NCBI RefSeq assembly: GCF_963921235.1
Contig: NC_086108.1
Coordinates: forward strand, 66,776,001 to 66,840,000
From: Mobula hypostoma
Lineage: Eukaryota
Reading direction: 5' to 3'
DNA: 64,000 bases
Shown here: one piece after another, positions 40,562 to 53,014 of the stretch
Layout: each line of letters begins with the position of its first letter
How positions within the stretch are numbered: the stretch's first letter is position 1
Made by a program: the position numbers and the translations under genes
The notes under the pieces: generated by a model
What the model saw: only the letters and a program-made list of their open reading frames with translations
Told to the model about the DNA's origin: nothing
Databases searched by the model: none

Positions 40562-40661
40562 CAACACACATCAAAGTTGCTGGTGAACGCAGCAGGCCAG
40601 GCAGCATCTCTAGGAAGAGGTACAGTCGACGTTTCAGGCTGGGACCCTTCGTCAGGACGTC
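40562..40661 (-). mobile_element. 100-bp Penelope-derived insertion carrying a hammerhead core
   Basis: 10-bp TSD AGTATACATT (40552-40561 and 40662-40671). Confidence 0.88.
40624..40658 (-). ncRNA. Minimal type I hammerhead ribozyme motif
   Basis: GTC-CTGACGA-AGGGTCCCAGCCT-GAAAC-GTC^GAC: helix I GUC/GAC (3 bp). Predicted cut between 40628 and 40627. Confidence 0.78.
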
Positions 40662-40919
40662 AGTATACATTTTTTAAAGAGGTTATAGTCCTTTCCTGAA
40701 ATAATAAAACTACCCTAATAAGTACATTTGCTAAATGCAGTTGAGTTATATGTCAAAAAAAATTATACTCCTGTGAGCTTTTAGGCTCAATATTATCAGA
40801 GGCAAATGTAAATACTTTTCAAGAGAGGACTACAAAATCTATAGCTTTTGAGAAAGGTAATAAAAGTGATGACTTTAAAAGAGGGACCAAAATCCCAATC
40901 AAAGAGGATTGTCTTAAAT

Positions 40920-41870
40920 AAAAACTGGAACTACTCTGCCACTTGGAATACATCTGTCGGAAGAAAAACAGAGGTAATGTTTCAGGATGAAGTTCCTTCT
41001 TCAAAACTGGGAAAGGAATAAAAGGCAACACACATAAAAGTTGCCGGTGAGCATCTGCAGATATCCTCGTGTTTGTGAAGAAATAAAAGGACCTTGTTAA
41101 ACAATGGGGAGGGAGGGGGAAGGTGATGTCTCTGATACAGTGAAACCAAGGTGACCATGGGGATAAGATGTAAACAAGATTATTTGCTCAATGATTGAAT
41201 GGCAACAGTTAGAGAATGGGAACATGGGGTAAAGAACATAGGCTATGAAATACAGAGGGTCAGTAGGTCACAATGGAAAACTCAGAAAAGTAAAAAGGGT
41301 GAGAAAATAACAAACAAGCTGAGCCAGTATTATAGAAGGGTAGCTTATACAGACAGAAAACAAGTTACCAGCAGTTGTAGACCTAAATATCAAGTACACA
41401 AGACTGCAACATGCCCAGACAGAAAATGATATGCTGTTCCTCAATCTTGTAATGGGTTTCACTGTGATAGCAACATGAAGCCACAGACTGATAGATCAGA
41501 GTGGGAATGAGAAAGGGAATAAAAGTGGCGAGCAATGGGCACATGCCCAGCTGGACCTATTGGGCTTGCCTGCAAACTGCGCATTTCACATCTGCTACAT
41601 TCTTTTGTCTGCTTTGTGCTTCACGTTAACTAATTTCATTCAGACGTTAACCAGATGACTCTGTTTATAGCTTATCCCCATGGTCACTCTGGTTTTACTC
41701 TGAGGCAACACACTTCTTGCTCCATTGACCTGCTCCTCAGTTTCACCGAGAGTCTTTGACCTGAAATATATTTCCCTTCCCACAGATGCAACCTGACCAG
41801 CTGAGCATTTCCAGCACTTTCTGTTCTTATTTGAAACCTCCAGCATTTGTAGTTCCTTTTTGTTTTCAGT
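40920..41870 (-). mobile_element. Old Penelope-like element: GIY-YIG C-terminal remnant plus inverted terminal copies
   Basis: Minus strand 41425-41540 gives PIARHFYSLSHSHSDLSVCG/..ETHYKIEEQHIIF (one frameshift). Degenerate hammerhead at about 40975-41008, and an opposite-orientation terminal copy at about 41740-41860. Confidence 0.7.
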
Positions 41871-42315
41871 ATAAAGATAGTTACACTTGCAGAGAAGGAA
41901 CCAGAAAGGTAGCAAAGGCCAGGCACAGATTGATAGACAGGGAAATGAAAGAATTCCAGGAACTGTTGGTGAGAACCTTATCGGTAAAAGTGCTTGCAGG
42001 GACCAAAAAGTAAGGCTGTAAAACTGCATAAGAAGGTCTGCTTAGCTTGTTAGCTCCATGACTCTAAGTCATCACAATGTGACTAAGAAAGGATTAGTTT
42101 TCAGCGGTGTACAGGGTGATAGGGGAGGTAGGGAACAGAGCAGAATAAAAGAGCACCAGTTTGGTAATTTAGCACCAGTGAGGAAGGAAGCAGAGTTGAA
42201 CATCTGACAATACACTGGGGCTCTGCACTTCTTAACTCTGCAGGCTTTGGTAGCAAGGAAGAGTTGTTGGATGGAGCGATGTTCTAAACATGTACCAACT
42301 GAATCCTAAAAAGGA

Positions 42316-42530
42316 ACGTCAACTCAGAACATGAGAGGCCTGTGTCCGGCATTTTCATGCCTTACAAGGCGCAGATTGGAAGTCTGTGTGGGGCGCCACT
42401 CCTTGCACAGACACGAGAGCAATGTGTGATTAAGTGCCTTGCTCAAGGACACAAACACGCTGCCACATCTGAGGCTCGAACTAGCGACCTTCAGATCACT
42501 AGACGAATGCCTTAACCACTTGGCCACATG
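42316..42530 (-). mobile_element. Complete tRNA-derived SINE (CORE-like centre)
   Basis: A box TGGCCAAGTGG, B box AGTTCGAGCC, GTGTCCTTGAGCAAGGCACTTAA, and an 11-bp TSD CCTAAAAAGGA. Confidence 0.9.
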
Positions 42531-42619
42531 CCTAAAAAGGATGGAGTTGAATCAGAGGAAAGGACAGTTGATGGCAAATAGGCAGACAGCTAATGTTGCA
42601 ACACTGTAAGAAGTAAAGC

Positions 42620-44400
42620 TGGCCTCCTCAGCTGTGGCAGGGCGTGTGCAATATAACCTTCTATATGACAAGATCAGGTAGCATAAGCAGCAATGATCCA
42701 TTACTCCAGGATGAGCTCAATACATTCTATGCATGTTTTGTTAGGGAGAACTATGACACACCCACACAATTCCCCACATCTCCAGATGTAATTTCAGTCT
42801 CTGAGGCTGATGTCTGGGCATCTTTTAAGAGGGTGAATCCACAAAAGGATTCTGGTCAGACAGCATACCTGAATGAGTACTAAGGATCTGCATAGGCACA
42901 CTGGATGAATGATGTATGGTCAGATTCAACTTCTCATTTCTGTGGTCTGAGTTTCCTATCTAGTTCAAAAAGGCATCTATTATACCAGTGCCCAAGAAGA
43001 GTGTGGTGGGCGGGCTCAATGACTACCATTTGGTATTCTGATGGTTGTATCAACAATAATGAAGTGCTTTGAGCGGTTGGTCCTGATATGAAGCATCTCC
43101 AGCCTCAGAGGTGACCTGGATCTGTTCCAATTTGCCTGGCTGTTCCCTCTGCTCTGAGTTATCTGAACAACAGGTATTCATATGTCAGGTTGATATTCAA
43201 AGACAGCTCAATGTTCAACACAATTATCCCATCAAATTTATTTTGAAGCTTCAAGACCCGGGCCTCTGTATCTCCCACTGCAAATGGATACTCAATTTCC
43301 TTCGGTAGACTTCAGTCAGCGAGGGTCGGTAACATCTCTTCCTCACTGCTCATCAACACAAGTGCTGCGTGTTTAGCTCCCTGCTCTACTCCCTGTACAC
43401 GAATGGTAGTGTGGCTAAGCACAGCTCCAGTGCTATCTTCAAATCTGCAGAAAACAGCTTGTTGTTGGACAAATCACAGGTGACGATGACAGCTTAATGG
43501 AGTGAGATTGGTCACTGGGTGGAGTGGGGCAGGAAAAGCAACCTCTTCCTCAGCATCAGCTAAACTAAAGAGCTAATCATTGACTTCAGGAAGGAAGAGG
43601 AGGATGAAGACGCAGTAGCCAACATGGGAGGCAGAGGTGACAGAATCAGCAGCTTTAAATTCTTGAACATTAACCAATCAGATGACCTGTCCTGAGTTCA
43701 GCACATAGATGCAATCAGAAGGGAAGTGTACTAGCCTCTTTCTTAGGAGGTTAAGTAGGTACGGCTTTCATCTAACACCCTAACAAACTTCCACAGATAC
43801 AGTGTTGAAAGTATCTTGACTGGTTGTATCATGGTCTGGTATAGCAATTCAAATGTATAAAAGCTTCAGAGTGTAGGAGACTCCACCTAATAAACCACAG
43901 GTACGTTCCTCCTCACCATCTATGGTATCTATAGGAGATGCTGCCTCAAAAACACAATATTTATCGAGAAGGATCCCCACCATCCAGGCCATTGCCATCT
44001 TTTCATAGCCATCATCAGGCAGGAGGTATAGAAGTCCGAAGTCCCACACCAGCAGGTTCAAGAACGGCTACTTCCCTTCAACTATTAGGTTCTTGAACCA
44101 ACCAACAAAACTTTAAAAAAGAATTTCAGAATGTATATTGTATACATTTCTCTGACATTAAGTGTATCTTTGAAACCGTAATCACTACAGTTTAGCAACA
44201 CTATTTCCATTTTGACCACTTTGCACTAAAATGGACTTGGCATTTTTTTTTGTTCCAATTGTGCCTTCTTGTAAAAACTGCTTATAATTTATGCTCAGTT
44301 TATGTTTTTTTTTGAGAATGTTGATTATATGATGCTATGCTGCTGCAAGTTTTTCATTGCACCTGTGCACAAATGAGCTAGTGCATATGACAGTAAACTC
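42620..44400 (+). mobile_element. Decayed Rex1/Babar-like LINE
   Basis: LQDELNTFYACF, SEADV..SFKRVNP and KTKELIIDFRK motifs, plus a 3' UTR. Confidence 0.8.
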
Positions 44401-45539
44401 GAGCCCAAGTTTAACTTTGTTCTCTTAAATGGATTTTGGATACTTCATGTACTATTTTGAGGAAAAGGAAACAAGTTTTTCCCTGTTTTCCTGAACATTA
44501 CGGAGACTTCAAATCATATCACTAAGATTATCAAATTGTTTATGTGGGGGTTGTGAAATGCATATCGTCTAAACATTTTCTACAGGGGAGGAAGTAACCA
44601 TGTTTCAAAAGAGTCTTTAAATTGCTTTTAGATGTCCTTACAATGCGAATCAGCTTTATAAATGCAAGTCTTTCCTTCTCAAACACTTACATTGAAAGAG
44701 GAGACACGGAAATAAATCAGGGTGTCTTAAATATAAAAGTGAAATGTGATTAATGCAGCCATAACACACATTATTGTTGGGATGAATGTACTGATTGAAG
44801 ACAATTCATTAGGGGTACTATAAATACTATGAAGCAACCACAGGTAGCTGTACCACTACATGTGTGTTCTCTGTTTCCAAGTAAAAATGAAAGAGTATAG
44901 AAACATTCACAGAGAAACTCAAAGGGACATGTAAATACCAGCGAGTTCGGGTGAGAACTTGCTGACAGATTCCAGCTGTCAGTATTCCTCGCTGCTGGAG
45001 TCAGCATGGAGTCCAGTGGCAGGAGTATAAATGTGTTGAAATCCCCCAGTGTTTACATTGGAGAATCTGCTCACAGATCCTGTGCCAGGACAGAGCTGGC
45101 ACAGCATCCACAAGGCACTCCTTTCAATGGAGCACTTGCAGCTGTGAGGAGAGAGAAGGGCAGAATGAGACAAGCAACATTTTGCTTAAAATTATTCATG
45201 TTTATTGGAGAGGTTTTAATTAGTCAAAAGCATTAACTAATTTTATACATCAAAAATGTTTTAAGATGCTTGAACTGTTTATTTTTTTGAAGCAAATTGT
45301 GTACGTTTCTAAATAGCCATCTGCTTAAGGTCTTTCTAGTAGTTCTTCTGCACGTGGATTCTTGATGCTTCTTGCCCAGATTTACAGTATAATACAAGGC
45401 TCTCAAACCAAACAACTGGCTCTAGGAAACCCAGGGCCTTGCTGGCCCAAACTAGGCAGATGTGGGACAATTTTTGAGTTGGAGAGGAGAGATGGTTGGT
45501 CCTACTCAGCAAAACCAGGCCTATTTGACAGAGAGGGCA

Positions 45540-46145
45540 GTTTTGGGGACATGGGTGTGGGGGGTGCTTAAGGGTCCAGTTGGGGTTTAGGGACAGGAAT
45601 GAGATAAAGTTAGAGGTCAGGGGCAGTAAATGATGAATCTGGGCAGGAGTGGCCGGCCCATATCCAAGAAGAGGCCCGAAAATCAAACCCGGCAAAGTCC
45701 AAAAGGCAAAGCAGAAAGTTGAAGCCTAAAGGTCAAAGACCCAGGGTTAAGGCCAGAATGAGTCATGAGGGCTTGGGTCACCGGTATCGAGGTCAAATCC
45801 ATGAACGGCGTCCTGTGTTGAATTCCAAAGCTGGAGGAGAATTCTGTGAGTCTGAGAATCCAGGGACAAGGAATGGAGACCTGGAGGTTGCCTGTCATGG
45901 GATGTGTGGGCGGGAAGGATGGCAAAGGGGCTTGCTTTGCTGTTGTTTTGTTTAGTTTCGTTGTTGCTATTGATGATGCTTGTGTTGTCCTGTGGAACAT
46001 TGTGGACATACTATGTTGGCGCCAGAATGTGAGGCGACACTTGCAGTCTACCTCCAGCACATCCTTAGGTTTGCTGGTTTTTCATGAAAATGATGAATTT
46101 CACTGCATGTTTTGATGTACATATGATAAATAAACCTTAATCTGA
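45540..46145 (+). mobile_element. Unclassified non-autonomous retroposon
   Basis: GC-rich body with a LINE-like 3' end TTTCACTGCATGTTTTGATGTACATATGATAAATAAA. Confidence 0.45.
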
Positions 46146-46294
46146 AGTTAACTCAATATTCAGTCACCGTACAAAGGTGTATTGGTGCTGCTTTCTTATT
46201 GCTCTGTTTGCTACGCAGAACATAAAGCTAATTGATCCTTTGCCCTTGTTCCAATGATAAAAAGCACTGCTAATATTACATAAAACAGACTTTG

Positions 46295-47370
46295 TAACCA
46301 AAACCCTCAAGGCATCAGGACTTGTTGGTATACCTAACCAGGAACTGAAAACCTTTGCTGACCAACTGGCTGGAGTTTTGAAGGATATCTTCAGCCTTGC
46401 ACTGCTGTGGTCAGTGGTTCCCACTTGCTTCGAAAGGGCAGCCATTGTATTGGTGCCCAAGAAGTGTAGGGTGAGCTGCCTCAATGAAAATTGACCAGTA
46501 ATACTCACATGTACAGTAATGTAGTGCTTCTTGAGGTTGGTTATGGCTAGAATTAATGCCTGCCTGAACACGGACCTAGACCTGCTGCAATTTCCCTACT
46601 GCCACAACAGGTAAACAGCAAATGCATTCTCACTGGCTCTTCGCTCTGCTTTGAAGCTCCTAGACAACAGTAAAACATACACCAGGCTGCTGTTTTATCA
46701 ATTACAGCTCAGTGTTCAGCACCATCATCCCCTCGGAATTAATCAACACACTACAAAACCTAGACCTCTCTACTACCCTCTGTAACTGGATCCTCAATTT
46801 CCTTATCGCGAGACCACAATCGTTATGGATCAGTAACAACGTATCCCTATCAGAGACAATCAAAGTTGGCGCACCTCAAGGATACGTGCTCGGTCCACTG
46901 CTCTACTTCTCTATACTCATAAATGTGTGACGAACCACAGTTCAGTCACCATCTATAAACATCTTAATGACATCACTGTTGTGGGTAGAATCTCAGATGC
47001 TGACGAGATAGATCAGCTAGTTGAGTCGTGTCACAACAACAACATTGCACTCAGTGACAGCAAGACCAAGGAACTGATTGTGGACTTCAGAAGGGAGAAG
47101 TTGGAAGAACGCACATCAGTCCTCATTGAGGGGTCAGTGGTGGAAAGAAAGAACAGCATTACATTCCCAGGTATCAACACCTCAGATAATCGGCCCCGGG
47201 TCTCAGAACAATGATGCAAGCATGAAGGTGGCATTATGCTGTTAGGAGTTTGAGGAGATTTGGATACATCATGAAATACGCTTGCAAATTTCTACAAATG
47301 TTTTGTGAAAGCATCACTGTCTCTTATGGATGTTCCAACGCACAGCGTCGTGAGAGGCTGCAGAGAGTCC
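46295..47370 (+). mobile_element. Rex1/Babar-like RT fragment
   Basis: FSTIIPSELI...LCNWILNFL, GAPQGYVLGPLLY and KTKELIVDFRR motifs. Confidence 0.85.
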
Positions 47371-48439
47371 CTCAATCTATTCTCATCTATTTTCCAGAAA
47401 ATGCTTAAAAGAACTTAAAAGCCAGACATTGCTTTCTTCATATTTTATAGTTATTATCATCCATCAGACTATGAGGTCAGCCACAAAGGAATTATAGAAT
47501 ATTACTCTTCACATCAGCTGCATTTCAACGTGTTTTCACAATAAAATCATTAACTAATTTCATTTTTCATTCTTAATCCACATTCCACTCTCTTCATCAA
47601 ATTGGATTTGCAAATCCTCTTATTATAATTCTGCATGTAACAAAAAGATTTACATTAATTTACAGGGGTATTTATTTCTAAATGCACTGTTCCAATTCAT
47701 TCACAATTTCATTAGCACTTGAAACTGTTATTATGGCAAGCATTCCATCAATATTTGCTTCTCTTCATTTTAGGGTGTTTTGATAGTTTTATCTTTGTTC
47801 TATCTTAGTCACTCTGCTACGTGTTCCTCATCAATCGGTGAGGCTGAATGATTTGGTCTTCACTTTCCGAACTGTCATACAACGAACCATCAGAACTAGT
47901 TCATGGAAGATGCTATGTGGTTTGAATTTAAGACCAGGCTTTCACTTGTGTCAGAAATAAATCTATCCTCTTCATCTTATTTTCTGTGTAATACTCATTT
48001 TTGCTTTGAGGTTTTGCGATTTTCAGCTGGTTGCTGGGGACCATCCAAAAGTTGGATAGAAATTCAACCAATGTCTCCTTTGCTAATCAAGAAAACTGCA
48101 TTACATTTCCCATATCTCAGGGACTTAGGAAGCAACACAAAGTCACAAACCCATCTTCCACAATTTCAAAATGACTCCCTCAGTTTAGTTAAAAGACGTA
48201 AGATGTGTTATTTTCCACTCCATTTTTTCCTGAACATGACATAAAGTGAAAATTTAAAAGGAGGTAGACTCATGATTTTTGGGTGAGTTTCACTTCACAT
48301 AAGCCTTAAAGTGGCACATCTGTAATTTGTTAGTTAGCAGCTGATTAGCTAATTACCAAATTGAGAGCAGGCAAATAAATATTAGTGTCAAGCTGAAGTA
48401 GTTACTTTGGAGTTGACTTGACATTATTCTGAGAGGGAG

Positions 48440-49855
48440 TAAGGCGGAATTGTTGATTGAGTCTGCTATTGGGGGTTGCTCTCAGGTATAAATGTCAGGA
48501 AGTGACAAAGAAGACAGAGGTAGTGAACAAGTGATGGTATTGAGTGCTAGCAGTTGTATGAACTACTAGCACTAGAAGGTGAATGGCAGGTTTCTGTGAA
48601 TTGAGGATCGTAGTGGCTTCTCGTCCAATGATAAAGGCAGTAGACTGGATTTAAAATAAAGGAAGAGTTTAAGGTATTTCTGAGTTTTTGAATGTGCGCC
48701 TATTTCTGATTTCAATCTGATTAGAGCAAAGGATTTGAAAAAAAGTGTTGTATATTGTGGGCACAAAACCTTTAAGAGACAGGGCACTCTTAGTATTTTG
48801 TAAAGATAGTAAGTAATACGAAAAATCTTTAGGGTTAAAAGCTGTGGGAGGAAGGAAAGCAATGTAAAGGAATTGGATTGAATGATAGTGGCTTTCAGGA
48901 GTAATCACAGGAGTGCCTCTGGATATATTCATGAAATAAATTTAAAATAATTTAGTCACTTACAGATCTTAAGTATTTAAGAGTTTTGTGGTGGAGCAAG
49001 AACAGATAGCTTAATGGTGTTGATTGAATTTGATTGAGAAATGTTGCCAGATAGGATTAATTTAGATTATGAGTTACATAATTCGAGCCTGTGTGCTGCC
49101 CCCTCGGAGAAGTTTTCAGTGCCAGAAATTTGATCACGTACCAGCTGTGTGTAGGGGTAAAGAGCATATTGTAGAAGTGCTGGAGAACATGATTATGATA
49201 ATTGTGAAGAAGGTATTAGGCTTCTGCAGGGTATCCTGTGTAGAAGAAAGCTGTGGAGGTGCAGTGTGTGCAGGTGGAAATGGGCATATCATATGCAGAA
49301 GCTCTTCAGAAAGTACAGAAGACTGTGTAAATAGGACCTATTAATATCCAAAGCACAGATAAACAGCGCCAAGTGCATGATTTTTTTAACAAAGGATTCT
49401 TTAATTGTTAATAAACTAAATTGTTACTTTCATGGCAAATGTGGTAAATTGTACACCACAAACTGAAAGTAGGACAGAAACAATTAAAATTATATTAAAG
49501 GTTGCAGAAAAAATCTAGTGATGAAAGATTTAATTCTAGAAATTATTAATGATGCTGTACAAGGAGGAGTAAATAAGTCAGACTTCAAAGAGGGATGTCA
49601 ATGTTTGTTCCTCTTTTTTTTCTCCCTTTTTAAATCTTATAATGGAATGCCAGAAGTTTGCTAGCCAATGTTTCGGGGGATTTTAATGTTCATAGTACTA
49701 TGTGGGGGTGTAGTGACACAAAGGTGAAAGGGACAGTGGTGGAAGCCTTTCTGTAAGAGAAGTATTTGGTGTGCTTGGGTGATGCTCAGTAGATGGCAGT
49801 AATGCACTTTGCATTGGTCTGCCAACCGCCATTAAATATCTCTAGAAAACGAAGT
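48440..49855 (+). mobile_element. Internally deleted Nimb/I-clade-like LINE
   Basis: ORF1 zinc-knuckle remnant PPRRSFQCQKFDHVPAVC, ORF2 start WNARSLLAN and GDFNVHSTMWG, and 3' end GTAGATGGCAGTAATGCAC. Confidence 0.65.
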
Positions 49856-51780
49856 GGTAGCTATTTTAGAGCTATCAGTGTAAATGTAGGCCAGTGTGAG
49901 AATACTTCGGGTAAAATGGTGCTGATAAGTGGTGACACTTTGTGTGCAGCTCCAATGTGAATCATCAAATATTCCCATTTAGGACTATTGCAGTTGAAAT
50001 CCAGTCACAGCAATGGGTACTTCAGTAAGCAGCATCATTTTAAGATGTTTTAAAAAAATCTATTGATACTCAAGTTGACCGAACCTCAGATGGCAGACTT
50101 GGGTCACAAGTACAGATCCCCTTTAAGATATGGAATGGTGGATGGCACACTAGTCTACAAATACAATCAAAACACCAAAGCCCATGCCCAACTATTCTGC
50201 TAATTAATGTACAGTCTTCAGAAAATAAAATTGAAGACCTCAAAGCAAGAGCAATGTACCAGAGGGACATCTGGAACTGCTGTGTACTTTTCTTCATGGA
50301 AACATGGCCATCCCCTGCAAGTTCAGTCACAGCGATGCAGCCCTATGGCTTTACCATTCTCCGCAAAGACAGGTCAGCTCTGTCTTTCAAAGGTAGAGGA
50401 AATGGAGTATGCTTTATGATTAACTCATCATGGTGTACCGACATTGTGGCTCTGTCTCAGTCCTGCTAACCTAACCTGGAATAGCTAGTGGCCAAATGTT
50501 ACCCTTTTGATCTGCCGAAGGAGTTTTCTGCCATTATCCTGGTAGCAGTGTACATTCCACCCTTGGACAATGCCAGGCAGGCACCAGAGGTGCTGAGTAT
50601 CATAATCAGCGGGCACAAAACAGCCCATCCTCATGCCTTCACAATCATTGCAGGGTATTTCAACCAGGCCAACTTGAGAAGAAGTTTCTGAACAACGACC
50701 ACAGACATATCACCTGTGGAACCAGTGGAGCCAACACACTTGACCAGTATTATACCCCATCAAGAATGCTTACCGTGCCATCCCACACCCGCTCTTTATA
50801 TAGTCGAATTATCTAGCTGTACTTTTACTCGCAGCATGTAGGCAGAGACTAAAGACTACAGCATCAGTGGTGAGGACCAAGAAAGTATGGCCAATGGAGG
50901 CATAAGAGCACTTGTAGGTCCTGTTTAATCAGTGGACTAGAAAATAATCAGGGATTCATCTTCAAATCTCAATGAACAGGCAACAGTTGTCACAGACTTC
51001 ATCAAGACCTGTGTGAAATGAGGTGCGTGCCTTCGAGAACATACCAGATATACCCAAACCAAAAGCCATGGATGAACCAGGAGAATCATAGTCTGCTGAG
51101 GATTAATTCTGTGGCAATCAAGATTGGTGATCCAGAACTATACAAGAAGTCCAGGTATGACCTTTGGAAGGCTATTTAAAGAGTGAGAAAACAACTCCAA
51201 TTGAGGTCAGAGACTAAATCAGATGCACATCAGCTCTGGCAGGGTTTTCAGGTCATCATTTCCTACAAAGTGAAACCTAACGATTGTGATGCTTTACTCC
51301 CAGATGAGCTCACCTTTTATGCATGATTTGAAAGGGAGAATAAAACTGCATCTATGCCAATCCCTGCCTGCACCTGTTGCCCCTGTGATCTTTGTCTCAG
51401 AGGCTGACGTCAGAACATCTTTCAAGAGAATTAGAATTTGTATTTCTTGCATCCATCTCACAACATGAGGGAGTAAAAAAAAACTTTGTTGCGTCTCCAT
51501 TGCTATGTACAAGCAATAAGGAAAGGAAATGTGGGATGTCAGGACTGATGATGTACCTGGTAGGGCTCTGAAAACGTGTGCCGACCAACTTTTGGAGTGT
51601 TCAAGGACATCTTCAATCTCTCACTGCATTAGTCAGACATTCCTACATGCTTCAAAAGGGTGACAATCATTTCAGTGCCCAAGAAGATCAGGGTGATCTG
51701 CCTCAAAGATTATTGCCCAATTGTATTCACATCTACAGTGACGAAGTCATTGAGAGGTTGGTCATGGTTATAATCAACTA

Positions 51781-52082
51781 CATAAACTTTATACTTTATA
51801 GTCACCAAACCATTGATACTAGAACGTACAATCATCACAGCGATACTTGATTCTGCACCTTCTGCTCCCTGGATTACAAATATTAAATATTAAAAACATT
51901 AAAAATAGTAAAAATTAGTAAATATTAAAAATTTAAATTATAAATCATAAATAGAAAATAGAAAAATGGCAAGTAAGGTAGTGCAAAAAAAACTGAGAAG
52001 CAGGTCCGGATATTTGGAGGGTACGGCCCAGATTTGGGTCAGGATCCGTTCAGCACTCTTATCACAGTTGGAAAGAAGCTGA
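51781..52082 (-). mobile_element. LINE 3'-end fragment inserted into the Rex1-like element
   Basis: Interrupts the host RT; opposite-strand SFFPTVIRVLN motif and a TATAAAGTATAAAG tail. Confidence 0.65.
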
Positions 52083-53014
52083 AAGAAACAAAGACCTGGA
52101 TCCACTGCAAGTTGCCTATTGCTACAATAGGTCTACAGCGGGTGCAATCTCTGGCACTCCACTCAGCCTTGGCTCACCAAGACCTCTATTAGGCTACTAT
52201 GTATTCACTACAGCTCAGTATTCTACACAAACATACCCTCATTTCTAATCAACAAGCTCCAAATCCTGGGCTTCCATATCTCCTTCTGCGACTGGATCCT
52301 TGACTACCTCACTGGGAGACCATGATCTGTACGGATCGGGAACAGCCTCTCCTCCTTGCTGTCAATCGACACTGGAAGATCTCAAGGATGGGTGCTTAGC
52401 CAACACTCTACTCTCTACATCTGCAGCTGTGTAGCTAGGCACAGCTCAAATACCATCTATAGATTTGGCAGTGACACAACTATTGTTGGCAAAATTTCAG
52501 GTAGTGAAGAGGAGACGTAGAGAAGCAAGATAGATCAGCTAGTTGAGTGATGTTGAACAATAACCTTGCACTCAATGACAGTAAAACCAATGAATTGATT
52601 GAGAACGAGGAAGGAGAAGTCGAGAAGAACACGTACCAGTCTTCCTTGACGGATCAGCAGAGGAATGCATAAACAGACTCAAGTTCCAGAACATCAACAT
52701 CTTTGAAGATCTAACATAGGCCTAACATATTGATGCAATTACAAAGAAGGCATGACAATGACTGTATTTCATTAGGAGTTTGAAGAGATTTGGTATGTCA
52801 CCAAAGACACTCGCAAATTTCTACAGATGGAGAGCATTTAACTGGTTGCATCACAGTCTGGTATGGGGTGCCACTGTACAGGTTCAGGGAAAGCTGCAGA
52901 AAATTGTAAACTCAGCCAGCTGCATGAGCATTAGCCTGCCCAGCATCTTTGAAAGATGATGCCTCGAAAATGCAGCATCCATCATTAAGGAGCCCCATCA
53001 CCCAGAACATAACC

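Noticed and set aside
42470..42530. tRNA gene candidates here and at 29248-29310 and 24721-24790
   Set aside because: The tRNA-like heads continue into SINE bodies; no convincing cloverleaf or terminator.
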